Source of the DNA: an uncultured Candidatus Saccharibacteria bacterium
Lineage (GTDB): Bacteria > Patescibacteriota > Dojkabacteria > J137
Length of the DNA stretch: 64,000 nucleotides
Assembly: GCA_964607415.1 (NCBI GenBank)
Contig: CAZSKK010000001.1
Span: 333,469 to 397,468 of the forward strand
Direction of reading: 5' to 3'
Made by a program: the position numbers and the translations under genes. The notes under the pieces are model-generated. The model saw only the letters and a list, made by a program, of their open reading frames with translations, was not told the origin of the DNA and searched no databases. Below are positions 37,628 through 48,400 of the stretch, in pieces. Each line of letters opens with the position of its first letter. Positions within the stretch are counted from its first letter, which is position 1.

Positions 37628-40018
37628 CTATACTTCATACACCCTGCCCATCTCTTTTTTTCTTTGATAATATTTAGACACACCTAAAATTAATACAGTC
37701 GCAACAGGCACTACTAATCCAACAATAAGCAATGTATTCTTTTCATCTTTATTCAAATCAATTCTAGGTGCCACTCTAGTTTTAGCTTTAATTTCTGAAA
37801 TAGCTTTTTCATTTGCTAACCATTCCAAACTAGAAAGCCCAAAAGTAAAGTTATCATTTTGATTAATATACTGATCAGTCAGAAACAAAGAATCAGCTAC
37901 TATAATTGCCCTACCTCCTTGCTTATTTTCCAAAGACAATGCAATTGTTTTTATTGAATCTGTATCTTTATATGACCATCTTTGTCCTGGCTCCAACTTC
38001 ACTTCTTCAATAGTTTGAATATTTCCATCCGGGCTTGTCTCTAAAAGCCGTGTTAAAGTTCTTTCCTTCTCTGATGAGTTTTCAATTGTAATAGAACTTG
38101 CCCACAGAAAAGACACATTGTTAACTTGAGCAATAACAGGATTATTTTCTCCGGTCGTAATAGATTTTATCCACAAAGGATAATCTACAGGAATAACAAT
38201 AAGATCACTTCCACCATTAATTTGATTATTACTTGAAAGATCATAGACAAAATTCTGGTCAACAACCACACCATAATCACTAAACAGGTCAGCCATGGAA
38301 AACTCGTTGATAGTAGGCGATAGTGTTTCAAAAGGCACATCAATTGTTTCTGTCATTAAAAAGACTGATTTACCACTTTCAAAAAAATTCTTAATGTTAC
38401 TTATAACTTCATCTGGGTATTTTGCATTTGGAGCTGTAAGAACTATTACATCAATATCATCAGGGATTTCTGATTGACTTTCATCTAAGGTTAGATCCCT
38501 TATATCATAAAGCTCATCTAGTTCAGTTGATAAGTTTCTATAATCTGATAATCTTCCTTTTATTACATTATTGGGAACGAAGGCTATTACTTGTTTTTCC
38601 GTCTTTGTCAATTTTTGGATTTTCTTGGTAAGTTGAAATTCAATATCACTTGTAATACTACCCGTACTTCCAACCAATTGTAATGCTTCACTTGTTTGCT
38701 CATAAGAAATCTTTAAGCCAAAATATCCTACAGCTCTTTGGCTACTATCTTGAGTGTTGACTGCAAATACAAGTTCCTGCAAACCTATTTGACTTGCCTC
38801 AGTCGCAGCGGAATCATCTTTATCTGTATATTTTTTTTCTATGTTAATTTTCCCTTTAGATTGAATAGCATAATCTCTCAATATATCTTCAACGCTTCTA
38901 AGTTCCTCTTGAAACTGCATTGGAAGGTTTGTAGAAGTATATAAAGTAATTGTCATGTCATTAGCTATTTCAGTGATTATTGATTTTGTTGAATCAGAAA
39001 GTGTGTATTTTTTATTTGAAGTAAAATCAATCCTACCTGGTATAAATTGCCCTAATGCTCCTATTGTTATTACAACTACAATTGATACAATTAAGACAAC
39101 TTGTGAAATTCTTAAGACTTTGCTATTTGCAGGATATTTTATTTTTGCTAAAGAATAGTTTGATATAACTAGAAAAACTACAATAAAAGATGCGAAATAA
39201 ATTACATCCCTAATATCCAAAACGCCCCTAGAAAGTGAGACAAAATGAGCGTATAGTCCTACTTTGCTCAAAATTGCATCAAAATTAGCAGGCAATATTC
39301 TTATTATTTCTGAACCCACAAGAGTTAAAATTCCAGAGACTACTAAACTTGTTAAAAAAGCTGAAATTTCATTTTTAAATAGCGAAGAGGATGCAATTCC
39401 AACGCTTGCAAAACAAACTCCCAATATAAACGCTCCAACATATTGCATAGCAATCTGACCGTTATCAACAGCTGAAATGTTGCCTATGAACAAAGTAATT
39501 GGTGTTGTAAGAATTAACATGATAACTATAATAAAGCTTACAGAGAACAACTTAGAAAGCAAAAATTGCAATTCAGTAATAGGCTTTGTTAGGATATATT
39601 CTATTGTTGTGTTTTCCTTTTCCTTTGAGATTGCTCCCATCGTAAGGGCTGGAATTATGAAAACAAATGCAAAAGATATACTTGTAAAAAGTTGCGTTAA
39701 ATCCGATGTTCCAAATTCAAGGTATCTAAAAACTCCAAGCAGAATTCCGCACACAGCAATAACAAACATTGTAAGGACTATGTAGACAAGTGTAGAAGAG
39801 AAATAGTTATTAATCTCTTTTTTGGTTAGATAATAGAGCACTTTAAAGCCTGAAACACTTTCTTTAAGGCTTTTTTTAGGGTCAAGCCTAAATTTAGAAA
39901 TCGGTTCAGGTTTATAAGTAGTCACACTCTTTGACTTATTCTTATCTTGAGCCTTATTCTTAATTTTGCTCTTATTCACACTCTTAGCTTTACTTGTTGT
40001 TTTTTTACTAGTTGCCAT
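37628..40018 (-). CDS. ABC transporter permease fused to GldG-like auxiliary domain (GldF-GldG type)
   Basis: ABC-2 permease (IPALTM...EKENTTIEYILTKP) followed by RIDFTSNKKYTLS GldG-type domain and C-terminal TM. Confidence 0.85.
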   Translation of the reverse strand: MATSKKTTSKAKSVNKSKIKNKAQDKNKSKSVTTYKPEPISKFRLDPKKSLKESVSGFKVLYYLTKKEINNYFSSTLVYIVLTMFVIAVCGILLGVFRYLEFGTSDLTQLFTSISFAFVFIIPALTMGAISKEKENTTIEYILTKPITELQFLLSKLFSVSFIIVIMLILTTPITLFIGNISAVDNGQIAMQYVGAFILGVCFASVGIASSSLFKNEISAFLTSLVVSGILTLVGSEIIRILPANFDAILSKVGLYAHFVSLSRGVLDIRDVIYFASFIVVFLVISNYSLAKIKYPANSKVLRISQVVLIVSIVVVITIGALGQFIPGRIDFTSNKKYTLSDSTKSIITEIANDMTITLYTSTNLPMQFQEELRSVEDILRDYAIQSKGKINIEKKYTDKDDSAATEASQIGLQELVFAVNTQDSSQRAVGYFGLKISYEQTSEALQLVGSTGSITSDIEFQLTKKIQKLTKTEKQVIAFVPNNVIKGRLSDYRNLSTELDELYDIRDLTLDESQSEIPDDIDVIVLTAPNAKYPDEVISNIKNFFESGKSVFLMTETIDVPFETLSPTINEFSMADLFSDYGVVVDQNFVYDLSSNNQINGGSDLIVIPVDYPLWIKSITTGENNPVIAQVNNVSFLWASSITIENSSEKERTLTRLLETSPDGNIQTIEEVKLEPGQRWSYKDTDSIKTIALSLENKQGGRAIIVADSLFLTDQYINQNDNFTFGLSSLEWLANEKAISEIKAKTRVAPRIDLNKDEKNTLLIVGLVVPVATVLILGVSKYYQRKKEMGRVYEV

Positions 40019-40151
40019 TCTAATTTGTTTAGTTAAAATGTTTCGAGCTTACGTGTCTAGAAAAAATTGTTTCAAAAATTAAATTTATTTAAAAATTGAT
40101 ATATTGTATCATCGTTATATTCCGCAATAAAGGCGGTATGACGCATCTTTG

Positions 40152-40889
40152 CTATCTTGTGACTTCCTCCACTCCCTTTGTTACTTCTCTAAAAAGCTCC
40201 TCAAGTGTAATTTTTCTTTTGATAAGGTCCCTGGAAGTTTTTTCAATGCTTTCATCGTAAACGACTTTCCCTTTGTTAATTATTACTACTCTTGTACACA
40301 TTGCTTCCACTTCTTGCATAACATGCGTGCTAATCAAAACGGTTCTTTCCTTACCTAAACTCTTAATCAAGTTTCTTATTTCTAGCCTTTGATTCGGATC
40401 TAATCCTTCTGTTGGTTCGTCTAGAATTAAAATCTTAGGATCATGCACCAACACCTGATCAAGCCCAACTCTTTGTTTATAACCTTTTGACAACTGCGAG
40501 ATAGGCCTATAATAAACATTTTCAATTCCTGTTGATTGGACCACATAATCAATTCTTTCTTTCCATAATGATCTCTTAACACCATGAAGTTCAAGTGAAA
40601 ATTGAATTGCATCTCGAACCAGCATTTCTTTATAAAGTGGGTTATTTTCTGGCATGTAACCAATTATTCTTTGTGATTCTATTAAGTTGTCTTTTAAATC
40701 TTTATTATCAATCTCAACCTTGCCTTCATCAGCAACCAGGAAGCCGGAAATTATTTTCATAGTTGTGCTTTTACCTGCACCATTCGGTCCAAGAAGAGCA
40801 ACAATTTCAGAAGTCTCAATTTCTAGAGAAAGATTATCAACTGCATTAACCTTACCGTAAGTCTTAGTGATTTTAGAAAGTTTTATCAT
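40152..40889 (-). CDS. ABC transporter ATP-binding protein (GldA-like)
   Basis: GPNGAGKST, LSKGYKQRVG and LDEPTEGLDP. Confidence 0.92.
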   Translation of the reverse strand: MIKLSKITKTYGKVNAVDNLSLEIETSEIVALLGPNGAGKSTTMKIISGFLVADEGKVEIDNKDLKDNLIESQRIIGYMPENNPLYKEMLVRDAIQFSLELHGVKRSLWKERIDYVVQSTGIENVYYRPISQLSKGYKQRVGLDQVLVHDPKILILDEPTEGLDPNQRLEIRNLIKSLGKERTVLISTHVMQEVEAMCTRVVIINKGKVVYDESIEKTSRDLIKRKITLEELFREVTKGVEEVTR

Positions 40890-40992
40890 AGGTATAGTAA
40901 TTTGTATTCATTCATTTTATAATACGTTTGCCCCTTGAAGTCAAGAAAAACCCCTATGAAGATTTAGTGAATATTATTTTTATTCCTTAAAA

Positions 40993-41496
40993 ATGAGTAT
41001 TTTTCATTTCCAACCGGACAAACCGGTTGACAGTAATGCCGCTGATGGAATCTGCTGTGTTGCTTTACACTTACATTACCAAGACTTCCCTTTAGATGAA
41101 GTTACAGGACAGATTAGGTTGTTACTAAGTAATACTACTGGACTACTTGAAGATCCTAGCTCCGGGACCAAAGCAAAAATAATGAAATTTCTTCTTGAAG
41201 AAGAAATTCCTGAAACGTTTGCAGAAGAGCTAAAAGATCCCGCCTTTTATAATAAAGTTGTACTTCGTTTGAGAGCATCCCGAACGTCTATAGATACATT
41301 CGTTAACGAATGTCTGAAAGGTATAAATACAGATCTAGAGCGATGGAAGAATTTAGACAATACTCTTGGTAAAAAAGAACATTTCCAAAATTTATCGAGA
41401 ATGCTTACAAGAGTGCAAAAAAGAATGATAGAATTTTTAGACAATAATTGTCACATTAAAACACAAAATATTAATAATTTAACTTTTGAGCAGTAA
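40993..41496 (+). CDS. Hypothetical protein
   Basis: 167-aa ORF; no motif recognised. Confidence 0.5.
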   Translation: MSIFHFQPDKPVDSNAADGICCVALHLHYQDFPLDEVTGQIRLLLSNTTGLLEDPSSGTKAKIMKFLLEEEIPETFAEELKDPAFYNKVVLRLRASRTSIDTFVNECLKGINTDLERWKNLDNTLGKKEHFQNLSRMLTRVQKRMIEFLDNNCHIKTQNINNLTFEQ

Positions 41497-41501
41497 AATT
41501 T

Positions 41502-41996
41502 ATGGATAGAGCTTTACAACAAATAGAAACTCCTGTTATAGAACTAACACCGATTGCTTCAAAGATTCAAAGCTTATGTGAAATTCCTAATAATCAATTA
41601 GCTGTAGATGATATAAATACCTTTTTATTTGGTGGTAGACACGACGAAAGTAATTATGCCACGACAAAATTTTTGCAAAATAATAACGAGGGTATTCTTG
41701 AATATCTGGAAAAGTTATCCCACCAAATAATAGACCGTACAGCCAGAGCGATACTCCAACTTGATATAGATTTTTTTCATATGCAATATTCTGGAAAACT
41801 AGAAATACATGGTGAGACTGGCCAAATAGTCGATAGGTTAACTGAGGAGGACTTAAAAAATTTAGAACACGATCCAGGTTGTCTAAAACTATATAAAGGA
41901 ATTAAATCCAACCAAGAACTTCTATTTAAATTAAACTTAGGCAAAACGCGCATAAAAAAATTGAAGCAGACAAGCTGGATAGACGGTATACTGTGA
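41502..41996 (+). CDS. Hypothetical protein
   Basis: 164-aa ORF 5 nt downstream of the previous one. Confidence 0.5.
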   Translation: MDRALQQIETPVIELTPIASKIQSLCEIPNNQLAVDDINTFLFGGRHDESNYATTKFLQNNNEGILEYLEKLSHQIIDRTARAILQLDIDFFHMQYSGKLEIHGETGQIVDRLTEEDLKNLEHDPGCLKLYKGIKSNQELLFKLNLGKTRIKKLKQTSWIDGIL

Positions 41997-42005
41997 AATT
42001 AAATG

Positions 42006-42034
42006 TTTACATTTACTGTTTTTCACTCTATAAT
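42006..42034 (+). promoter_or_regulatory. Promoter of the proS T-box leader
   Basis: TTTACA-17-TATAAT; predicted +1 near 42041. Confidence 0.7.
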
Positions 42035-42040
42035 TAATTC

Positions 42041-42326
42041 AACTCACAAGGATGAAAGTTCCCAGCTTTCGGAGTGATGGCAGAACTGCGATTAATTCGA
42101 ATAATGCCAGCTGAACTTGCAGTGTTAAAACAAGAACAACGAGTCTCGCGAATTCGAGAGAAACAAGGTGGTACCGTGAACAATTTACAATTTTAAATTT
42201 TTTAATTTCCAAATCATTAACTTGAAAATTGGTAATTAGAATTTTAAAATTAATTGCATCGCCCTTGCATTTAGATATTAGCTAAAGATTTTGTCTTTAT
42301 TTAGTATTTGAGCGCAAGGGTTTTTT
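42041..42326 (+). promoter_or_regulatory. T-box riboswitch (Pro) with intrinsic terminator
   Basis: T-box AACAAGGTGGTACCGTG (42162-42178) pairs with CGCCCTTG (42260-42267); terminator CCCTTGC...GCAAGGG-TTTTTT; stem II, IIA/B pseudoknot and stem III candidates present; directly upstream of proS. Confidence 0.88.
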
Positions 42327-42403
42327 GTTTATCTCTGCTGATTACCGAAAACTGAAAATAATTTTAATTACTGAAAACACATAACTCATTACTCACAACC
42401 AAT

Positions 42404-44116
42404 ATGAAATACTCAACTTTATTCGGAAAAACCGTTCGAGAAGCAACCAAAGATATGGCTATGACTTCTCACAAATTACTTTACCAGGCAGGATTTATTA
42501 GAGAATCTACTGCAGGTAGATACTTCTTTCTACCACTAGGTTGGAAAGTTCATGACAAGATTAAGCAAATCATCAAAGAGGAAATGGACAAAGCTGGAGG
42601 ACAGGAAATGATTTCGCCAGTTTTACATCCATTGGAACTTTGGAAAGAAACCAATAGAACTAATACAGTAGGATTTGAATTAATGGTAATTAAGGATCAT
42701 AGAGGTGCAGAATTTGCACTTGGAGGAACAGCAGAAGAAATGTTTGTAGATGTAGTTCGGAAATTTCAACTGAGCTATAAAGACTTGCCATTTAATATTT
42801 ATCAATTCTCAACAAAATTTAGAGATGAAAAACGAGCTCGTGGTGGTCTTTTAAGGGTTAGAGAATTTGTAATGAAAGATGCCTATTCATTTGATAAAGA
42901 TGAAGAAAGCTTTAAAAAAACTTACACATTAATGGCTGAAACTTACAAAAAAATATTTGAACGCGTAGGCTTAAATGCATTTATGGTGCCTGCTGATAAT
43001 GGTTACATTGGTGGTGAATACTGTGATGAATTTCAAGTTGAGCACGAGAAAGGTGAGGGTAAATTTTTTGTATCTGAAGATGGAACTTATATTGCGCATG
43101 AAGACATTGCTACATTTAAACATGAAGAAAAAAATCTTTCAGAAGGGCTTAAAGAATATCAGGAGATTGACGCAGTTAGAGGAAACTCAATGGAAGATGG
43201 GGTGAAACTTCATGGATTACCACTTTGGCAACAAATGAAAGATGTAATGTTTGCAGATGAAAAAGGAAATCTTATTTTATGCATAATTCGTGGAGATTTA
43301 GATGTTAACGAAACAAAAGCACTACACGCATCTGGAGCAGCTCAGTTAAGGCCTGCAACAGAAGAAGAAATTAGAGCCATTGGATCTGAACCAGGATTTA
43401 TTTCTCCCGTTGGGTTAAAGGGTAAAGTTAAAATCATTGGTGATACTTCGCTTAGAACTGTAAAAAATATGTATGGTGGTGCAAATAAAAAACATAAAGA
43501 TGTACTTAACATGAATATTGATCGTGATTATCAACTGGATATTGAAGCGGATATTGCAATGGCACAAGATGGATTTTTGTCTCCAGATGGTAAAAGTGTT
43601 TTGAAAGAAAAACGCGGAATTGAAGTTGGAAATATATTTCAGCTTGGTTACCACTATACAAATCTTATGCAAAACGCTTTGTATACAGATGAAGATGGTA
43701 CTCAGAAGAAATTTTATATGGGATGTTACGGTATTGGACTTGGAAGAACTTTGGCAACAATTGTAGAAAAACATCATGATGAAAAAGGTATTATTTGGCC
43801 TAAGTCAGTTACTCCATTTCATGTACATTTGGTAACAATTGCAAAGTCTATAGATGATGAAAGTTATAACAAATCAAATGAACTTTATAATAAACTGATG
43901 GCTAGTGGAATTGATGTACTTTGGGATGATAGGTTGGATGTATCTGCAGGTGGTAAGTTTAATGATTCAGATTTAATAGGAATTCCTTTAAGACTTATAA
44001 TTAGTCCTAAAACTTTAGAGCAAAATGGTGTTGAAGTTAAAGAAAGATCTAAATCTGACTTTGAAATAATGGCAGAAGACAAACTGGTTGAATTTATAAA
44101 GAGTTATTATAAGTAG
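42404..44116 (+). CDS. proS: Prolyl-tRNA synthetase, bacterial type with INS editing domain
   Basis: KFRDEKRARGGLLRVREFVMKDAYSF, IEVGNIFQLG and MGCYGIG. Confidence 0.97.
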   Translation: MKYSTLFGKTVREATKDMAMTSHKLLYQAGFIRESTAGRYFFLPLGWKVHDKIKQIIKEEMDKAGGQEMISPVLHPLELWKETNRTNTVGFELMVIKDHRGAEFALGGTAEEMFVDVVRKFQLSYKDLPFNIYQFSTKFRDEKRARGGLLRVREFVMKDAYSFDKDEESFKKTYTLMAETYKKIFERVGLNAFMVPADNGYIGGEYCDEFQVEHEKGEGKFFVSEDGTYIAHEDIATFKHEEKNLSEGLKEYQEIDAVRGNSMEDGVKLHGLPLWQQMKDVMFADEKGNLILCIIRGDLDVNETKALHASGAAQLRPATEEEIRAIGSEPGFISPVGLKGKVKIIGDTSLRTVKNMYGGANKKHKDVLNMNIDRDYQLDIEADIAMAQDGFLSPDGKSVLKEKRGIEVGNIFQLGYHYTNLMQNALYTDEDGTQKKFYMGCYGIGLGRTLATIVEKHHDEKGIIWPKSVTPFHVHLVTIAKSIDDESYNKSNELYNKLMASGIDVLWDDRLDVSAGGKFNDSDLIGIPLRLIISPKTLEQNGVEVKERSKSDFEIMAEDKLVEFIKSYYK

Positions 44117-44117
44117 A

Positions 44118-44615
44118 TTGGACACAACTTTTGGACCTGGATTTACCAACTTTGAAAAAAACCCTGTTCATAAGCTTACTAAGTACTTTCAACACTGGCC
44201 AACAAGTATAGAGTCTAGTGAAGTTGCAATTGAATCTACTGAAGAAGATTCAAATTTCCGAGAATTACTTACTCAACAGATGCGTATTGGATTTTTAGCA
44301 TACCTTGAAGTAATGACCAGGGAAAGAGAAGTTTCAAACTACTATTTAGAAATTTATATTCCGAGAGAAGCACTCAAAATTGTACGAGCTTATAAAGACG
44401 AATGCGTTGTTTGTGCATTATTCAATGCATCGGAACCTGATTTCTTTGATTTTGCCCTTTCAAAATTTTCTTATGATAAGCACGATATGACCCACGGGGC
44501 TCTTGTTGACTTCGCCTATGATATTTATGAAATAAAATATCATAGCCAGTTAGGCGAAAGCGTTATCGATTGGCTAACCAGCACCTTACAAGGAGAAGAC
44601 GATGATGATAGCTAA
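44118..44615 (+). CDS. Hypothetical protein
   Basis: 165-aa ORF with TTG start 1 nt after proS. Confidence 0.5.
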   Translation: MDTTFGPGFTNFEKNPVHKLTKYFQHWPTSIESSEVAIESTEEDSNFRELLTQQMRIGFLAYLEVMTREREVSNYYLEIYIPREALKIVRAYKDECVVCALFNASEPDFFDFALSKFSYDKHDMTHGALVDFAYDIYEIKYHSQLGESVIDWLTSTLQGEDDDDS

Positions 44616-44662
44616 CCTCTAACCTAATTCGCTCTAATACTCCCTACACCTTACTTCTAGTG

Positions 44663-45370
44663 TTACTCAACTATCTTCCCACTTTCCATCTTAATAATTC
44701 TTTCTGTCTTTTCAGCAATTTCTTCGTCGTGAGTTACTACAACAACTGTAATATCGTATTTTTTATTTAGATCAAGAATCAAATCAAACACTTCAAATGC
44801 TGTTTTTCGATCAAGATTTCCAGTTGGTTCATCTGCCCAAATCACTGATGGTTTATGAACCAAAGCTCTTGCGATTGTAACTCTTTGCCTTTGGCCTCCT
44901 GAAAGCTCGTTTGGTTTGTGGTCGATTCTATCTTTCAGGCCTACAACTTCCAACATTTCAATTGCAAGTTTTTTAGCTTTTTTCTGAGGCATCCCAGAAA
45001 TTAATAAAGGCATTTCAACGTTTTCCAAAGCTGTTAAAACTGGAATTAAGTTAAAAGTTTGAAAGATGAATCCCATGTTTCTTGCTCTGTATGCAGTCTT
45101 TTTTCTATCCTTCATTTTTTGAATGTCTTGACCTGCAATTAGAATTTGACCTTCAGAAGCCTCATCAATTCCTGAAAGACAATTCATTAAAGTAGTTTTT
45201 CCAGATCCTGATGGACCCATGATTGCCACTACTTCACCTTTTTGAATCTCAAGATTTACTCCATCAACTGCCCTAACTTCGTTTGGCAGTCCTTTGTTGT
45301 ACACTTTGTGAAGATCTACTGCCTTCACGATGATTTCTTTTTTAGATTTTTCTGTTTTTTTATCGGCCAT
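44663..45370 (-). CDS. ABC transporter ATP-binding protein (LolD/MacB type)
   Basis: GPSGSGKTT, LSGGQRQRV and ADEPTGNLD. Confidence 0.93.
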   Translation of the reverse strand: MADKKTEKSKKEIIVKAVDLHKVYNKGLPNEVRAVDGVNLEIQKGEVVAIMGPSGSGKTTLMNCLSGIDEASEGQILIAGQDIQKMKDRKKTAYRARNMGFIFQTFNLIPVLTALENVEMPLLISGMPQKKAKKLAIEMLEVVGLKDRIDHKPNELSGGQRQRVTIARALVHKPSVIWADEPTGNLDRKTAFEVFDLILDLNKKYDITVVVVTHDEEIAEKTERIIKMESGKIVE

Positions 45371-45476
45371 ATCATTTGTTTTAAGAATTATTATTAAACT
45401 ATAGTTTTAAGGTTTTCGTTTGAGCTATCGGATGTCTGCTTTCAGCTATCTGAGAGCTGATGGCTGATAGCTGCTT

Positions 45477-48400
45477 TTATTCTGGATAATTTGTAGCCTC
45501 AACTGGACTCAATCTTGATGCCTTTATTGAAGGCAGTAGAGAGAATAAGATTGATGCTATATAAACCAGGAACGAAATTATAAATATTTCTACCCAAGGT
45601 ATTACAAGAGTTATTTGCTCAGCATTATCCTGGCTAACTTTTACAGCTGTGTACGCTCCTAAAATTCCCATCGAAAGCCCAATGGCGATTGCTAAAACTG
45701 TTATAAATGTTGCTTCTATAAAAAAGCTTAGAAGCACCATATTTCTTTGAAATCCCAGGCTTCTTAACATACCTATTTGTTGCTTTCTTTCATTTACAGA
45801 TCTAACCATTATGATAGCCAGACCAGATGTTCCAACAATTAAACTGAAAGCTAGAAACCCTTGTAACATAGCTATAATGTTATTTATGAATAGCTGAGTA
45901 ACGCCGAGAATTTCATCTACAGAAAAAATATAAATAATACTATAATTTGCTGTAGCTTTTCTTAGATCCTTTGATACCACTTTACTATCTTTCCCATCTT
46001 CTATTTTTGTTAAAACAGAAAAATTAGAATAAGTATCAACATAACTAGTATCAAACATCAACTCTAGGTTCTCTTTTGTTGTAATAATATTTGAGTAAAA
46101 ATCAAAAGAAGCGATTCCTTGAACAGCTGGTTTTACCATTCCTATCACTTCCTTTTCCTTGACCTCATTATTAAATAGATCTGCTACTTTGATCTTATCA
46201 CCAACTTTTATAGATGGTCTTCTTCCATATCCTTGGGCTACAAACCCACTTCCTAAAACTACCTTAGATGGATCTTCTATTACAGCCTGCCAAACTTCCT
46301 GCTTACTTTCATAATCCTGCGAAAACTCTTCTAGATCAATGTTCTGGTTTTTAATAAAATCAGATGGAAGAGCATCTACTGTTGTTTGAAAATAATCCTC
46401 ATCCTCGAAAACAGGTAAAAGTGTTGGGTCACCAAAGTAAGGTTGTTCTGGTAAATCTTTGTATTTAAAATCAGGCATTATAACCGCAGTATTTGTAATT
46501 GAGGTCACATCTTTTATTCCATCTACTTCGTCCGCAGCTTCACTTATTGATTTAACATCTTCGCTGGAGTTAAATTGATCTGGAAAGATTATTATTTCAT
46601 ATCCACCCAAGGCTTTCCTGAATAAATCACCGGTTTGTTGATTAGCAATTGCTTTGTTAATACTAATATACCCAATTAAGAATATTATTACAGCAAACAT
46701 AACAAGAGTTAATCCTGTTCTACCTACATTTTCAGCAGGATACCTAAACGCTGTAAGGAATACAGGTTTTTGTTTTCTAAACGGTTTTGTAAAAATATTT
46801 ATGAATGAAACAATAAGATTAAGATTATAAGTTACTATTAAAGCTAAACTCAAAACAAGAACCAAACCTGAAATAAAAAATAGTGCAACGCCTGATTCCT
46901 CATTCAAAGCTTTAGAGATAGCTTCAATTTCAACCATAAAATACGAAAAAATTATTAATACGCTACCAGCAATAGTAACAACAGGCTTTGAAATGTCTTT
47001 TTTTGCAAGCTTGGCAAATCTGATTAGTAAAAAGCTTGCCAGTAAAACTGAAAGCGTAACACCTAAATATAATGAATATGCTGTAACCATATTTACAGTT
47101 TGGTCAAACTGTTTATCTGTCATTGTTGTAAACGGATTATTCTTTATATTTTGTTCGATTGCCTGCTCTCTACTTTGTTCAAGAAAATCTTTTGCAATAA
47201 AAGCAAATCCAAGTGTTGATACTGCGTTACACAAAACCAGGAACATTAATATAGTTGTAACAATCCACTTGAAGTTTATTTTCGATTCTTTATATTCTTC
47301 AGTATCCCTAATTGCCGAAACAATATTTAATTTACTTATTCTGAAACTAGTAAATAATGTTGTAATAATTGTAATTAAAGCACCGGCTGCAAATGCAATT
47401 ATCATGCTCGAAGGCTGCACATCAAAAGAAAGTCCAAATCCATTGCCTCCACCTTGTTGATCAAACAATTGTCTGATCAGGTTTGATAAAATAAACACAA
47501 GTCCGTACCCAAGACCCAAACCAACAAAACTACCCACCAGTGCCGCAATAACAGAGTAGAAATAACCTTCATATACAAATGTTTGAGCCAGTTTGAACCT
47601 TGTTAATGCGATAGCTCTCAAAATTCCCATCTCAGATTTTCTTTCAGAAGCAAGCATGGAGTAAAGATTCACAATTAAAAGAATTCCTGAAAATATTCCA
47701 AACATACTTAGCACTAAAAATATATCAGCCAAGAATCCTGCGCCAAATCCATCCAATGCATTTTGCTTTTGTTCTGTGCTAATAGGCTTAACACTTTCAG
47801 ATTTAAAGTTTTCTAAAAGAGAATCTACATGCTTTTTGAAATCCTCACCATCATAATTTTCAGGAATTACTCCGCCTTTGGATGATACATATACATAATT
47901 AAATGTATTATCAGGAATTCCAAGCTCATTCCATAAATAATGAGCGTCTACAACGATAGTATTACCGCCAAACAATCCCTTATCTTCTGATATTTTCTCA
48001 ACTTCAAAAACAACAGGTTGATTGAATACTTTTACACTTACCATATCCCCAATATTTAGCTCCAGCAAATCTGCCGCATTTTTGGACACTATAATTCCGT
48101 TATCTGACTTCAAATCTTCTAAGACCTGTGGATTTTGACCAAAGGATTTTAGATCTTCAAAATTATATCCTGTTAGTTGGATTTGATATGCGTTTATGAT
48201 AGTGTTCCCATTTTGGTCAATTTTTTGAGGAGAGGAATAAAAGAATAAAACAGGCAGTACACCATCAATCTGTTCGTCATTTAAAGTTTTCTTAAGTTCT
48301 CCAACTTCTTTTTGGTTGACAGTAGCAACTCCTAAAGGACTAGGAGCAATTTCCTTAAAATTCAAGTATACATCTATTTCGCCAATTTGGTCTTCAACAA

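Noticed and set aside
37628-40889. Gliding motility system
   Set aside because: GldA/F/G-like ABC transporters are widespread outside gliding bacteria, and no other gld/spr genes are present.
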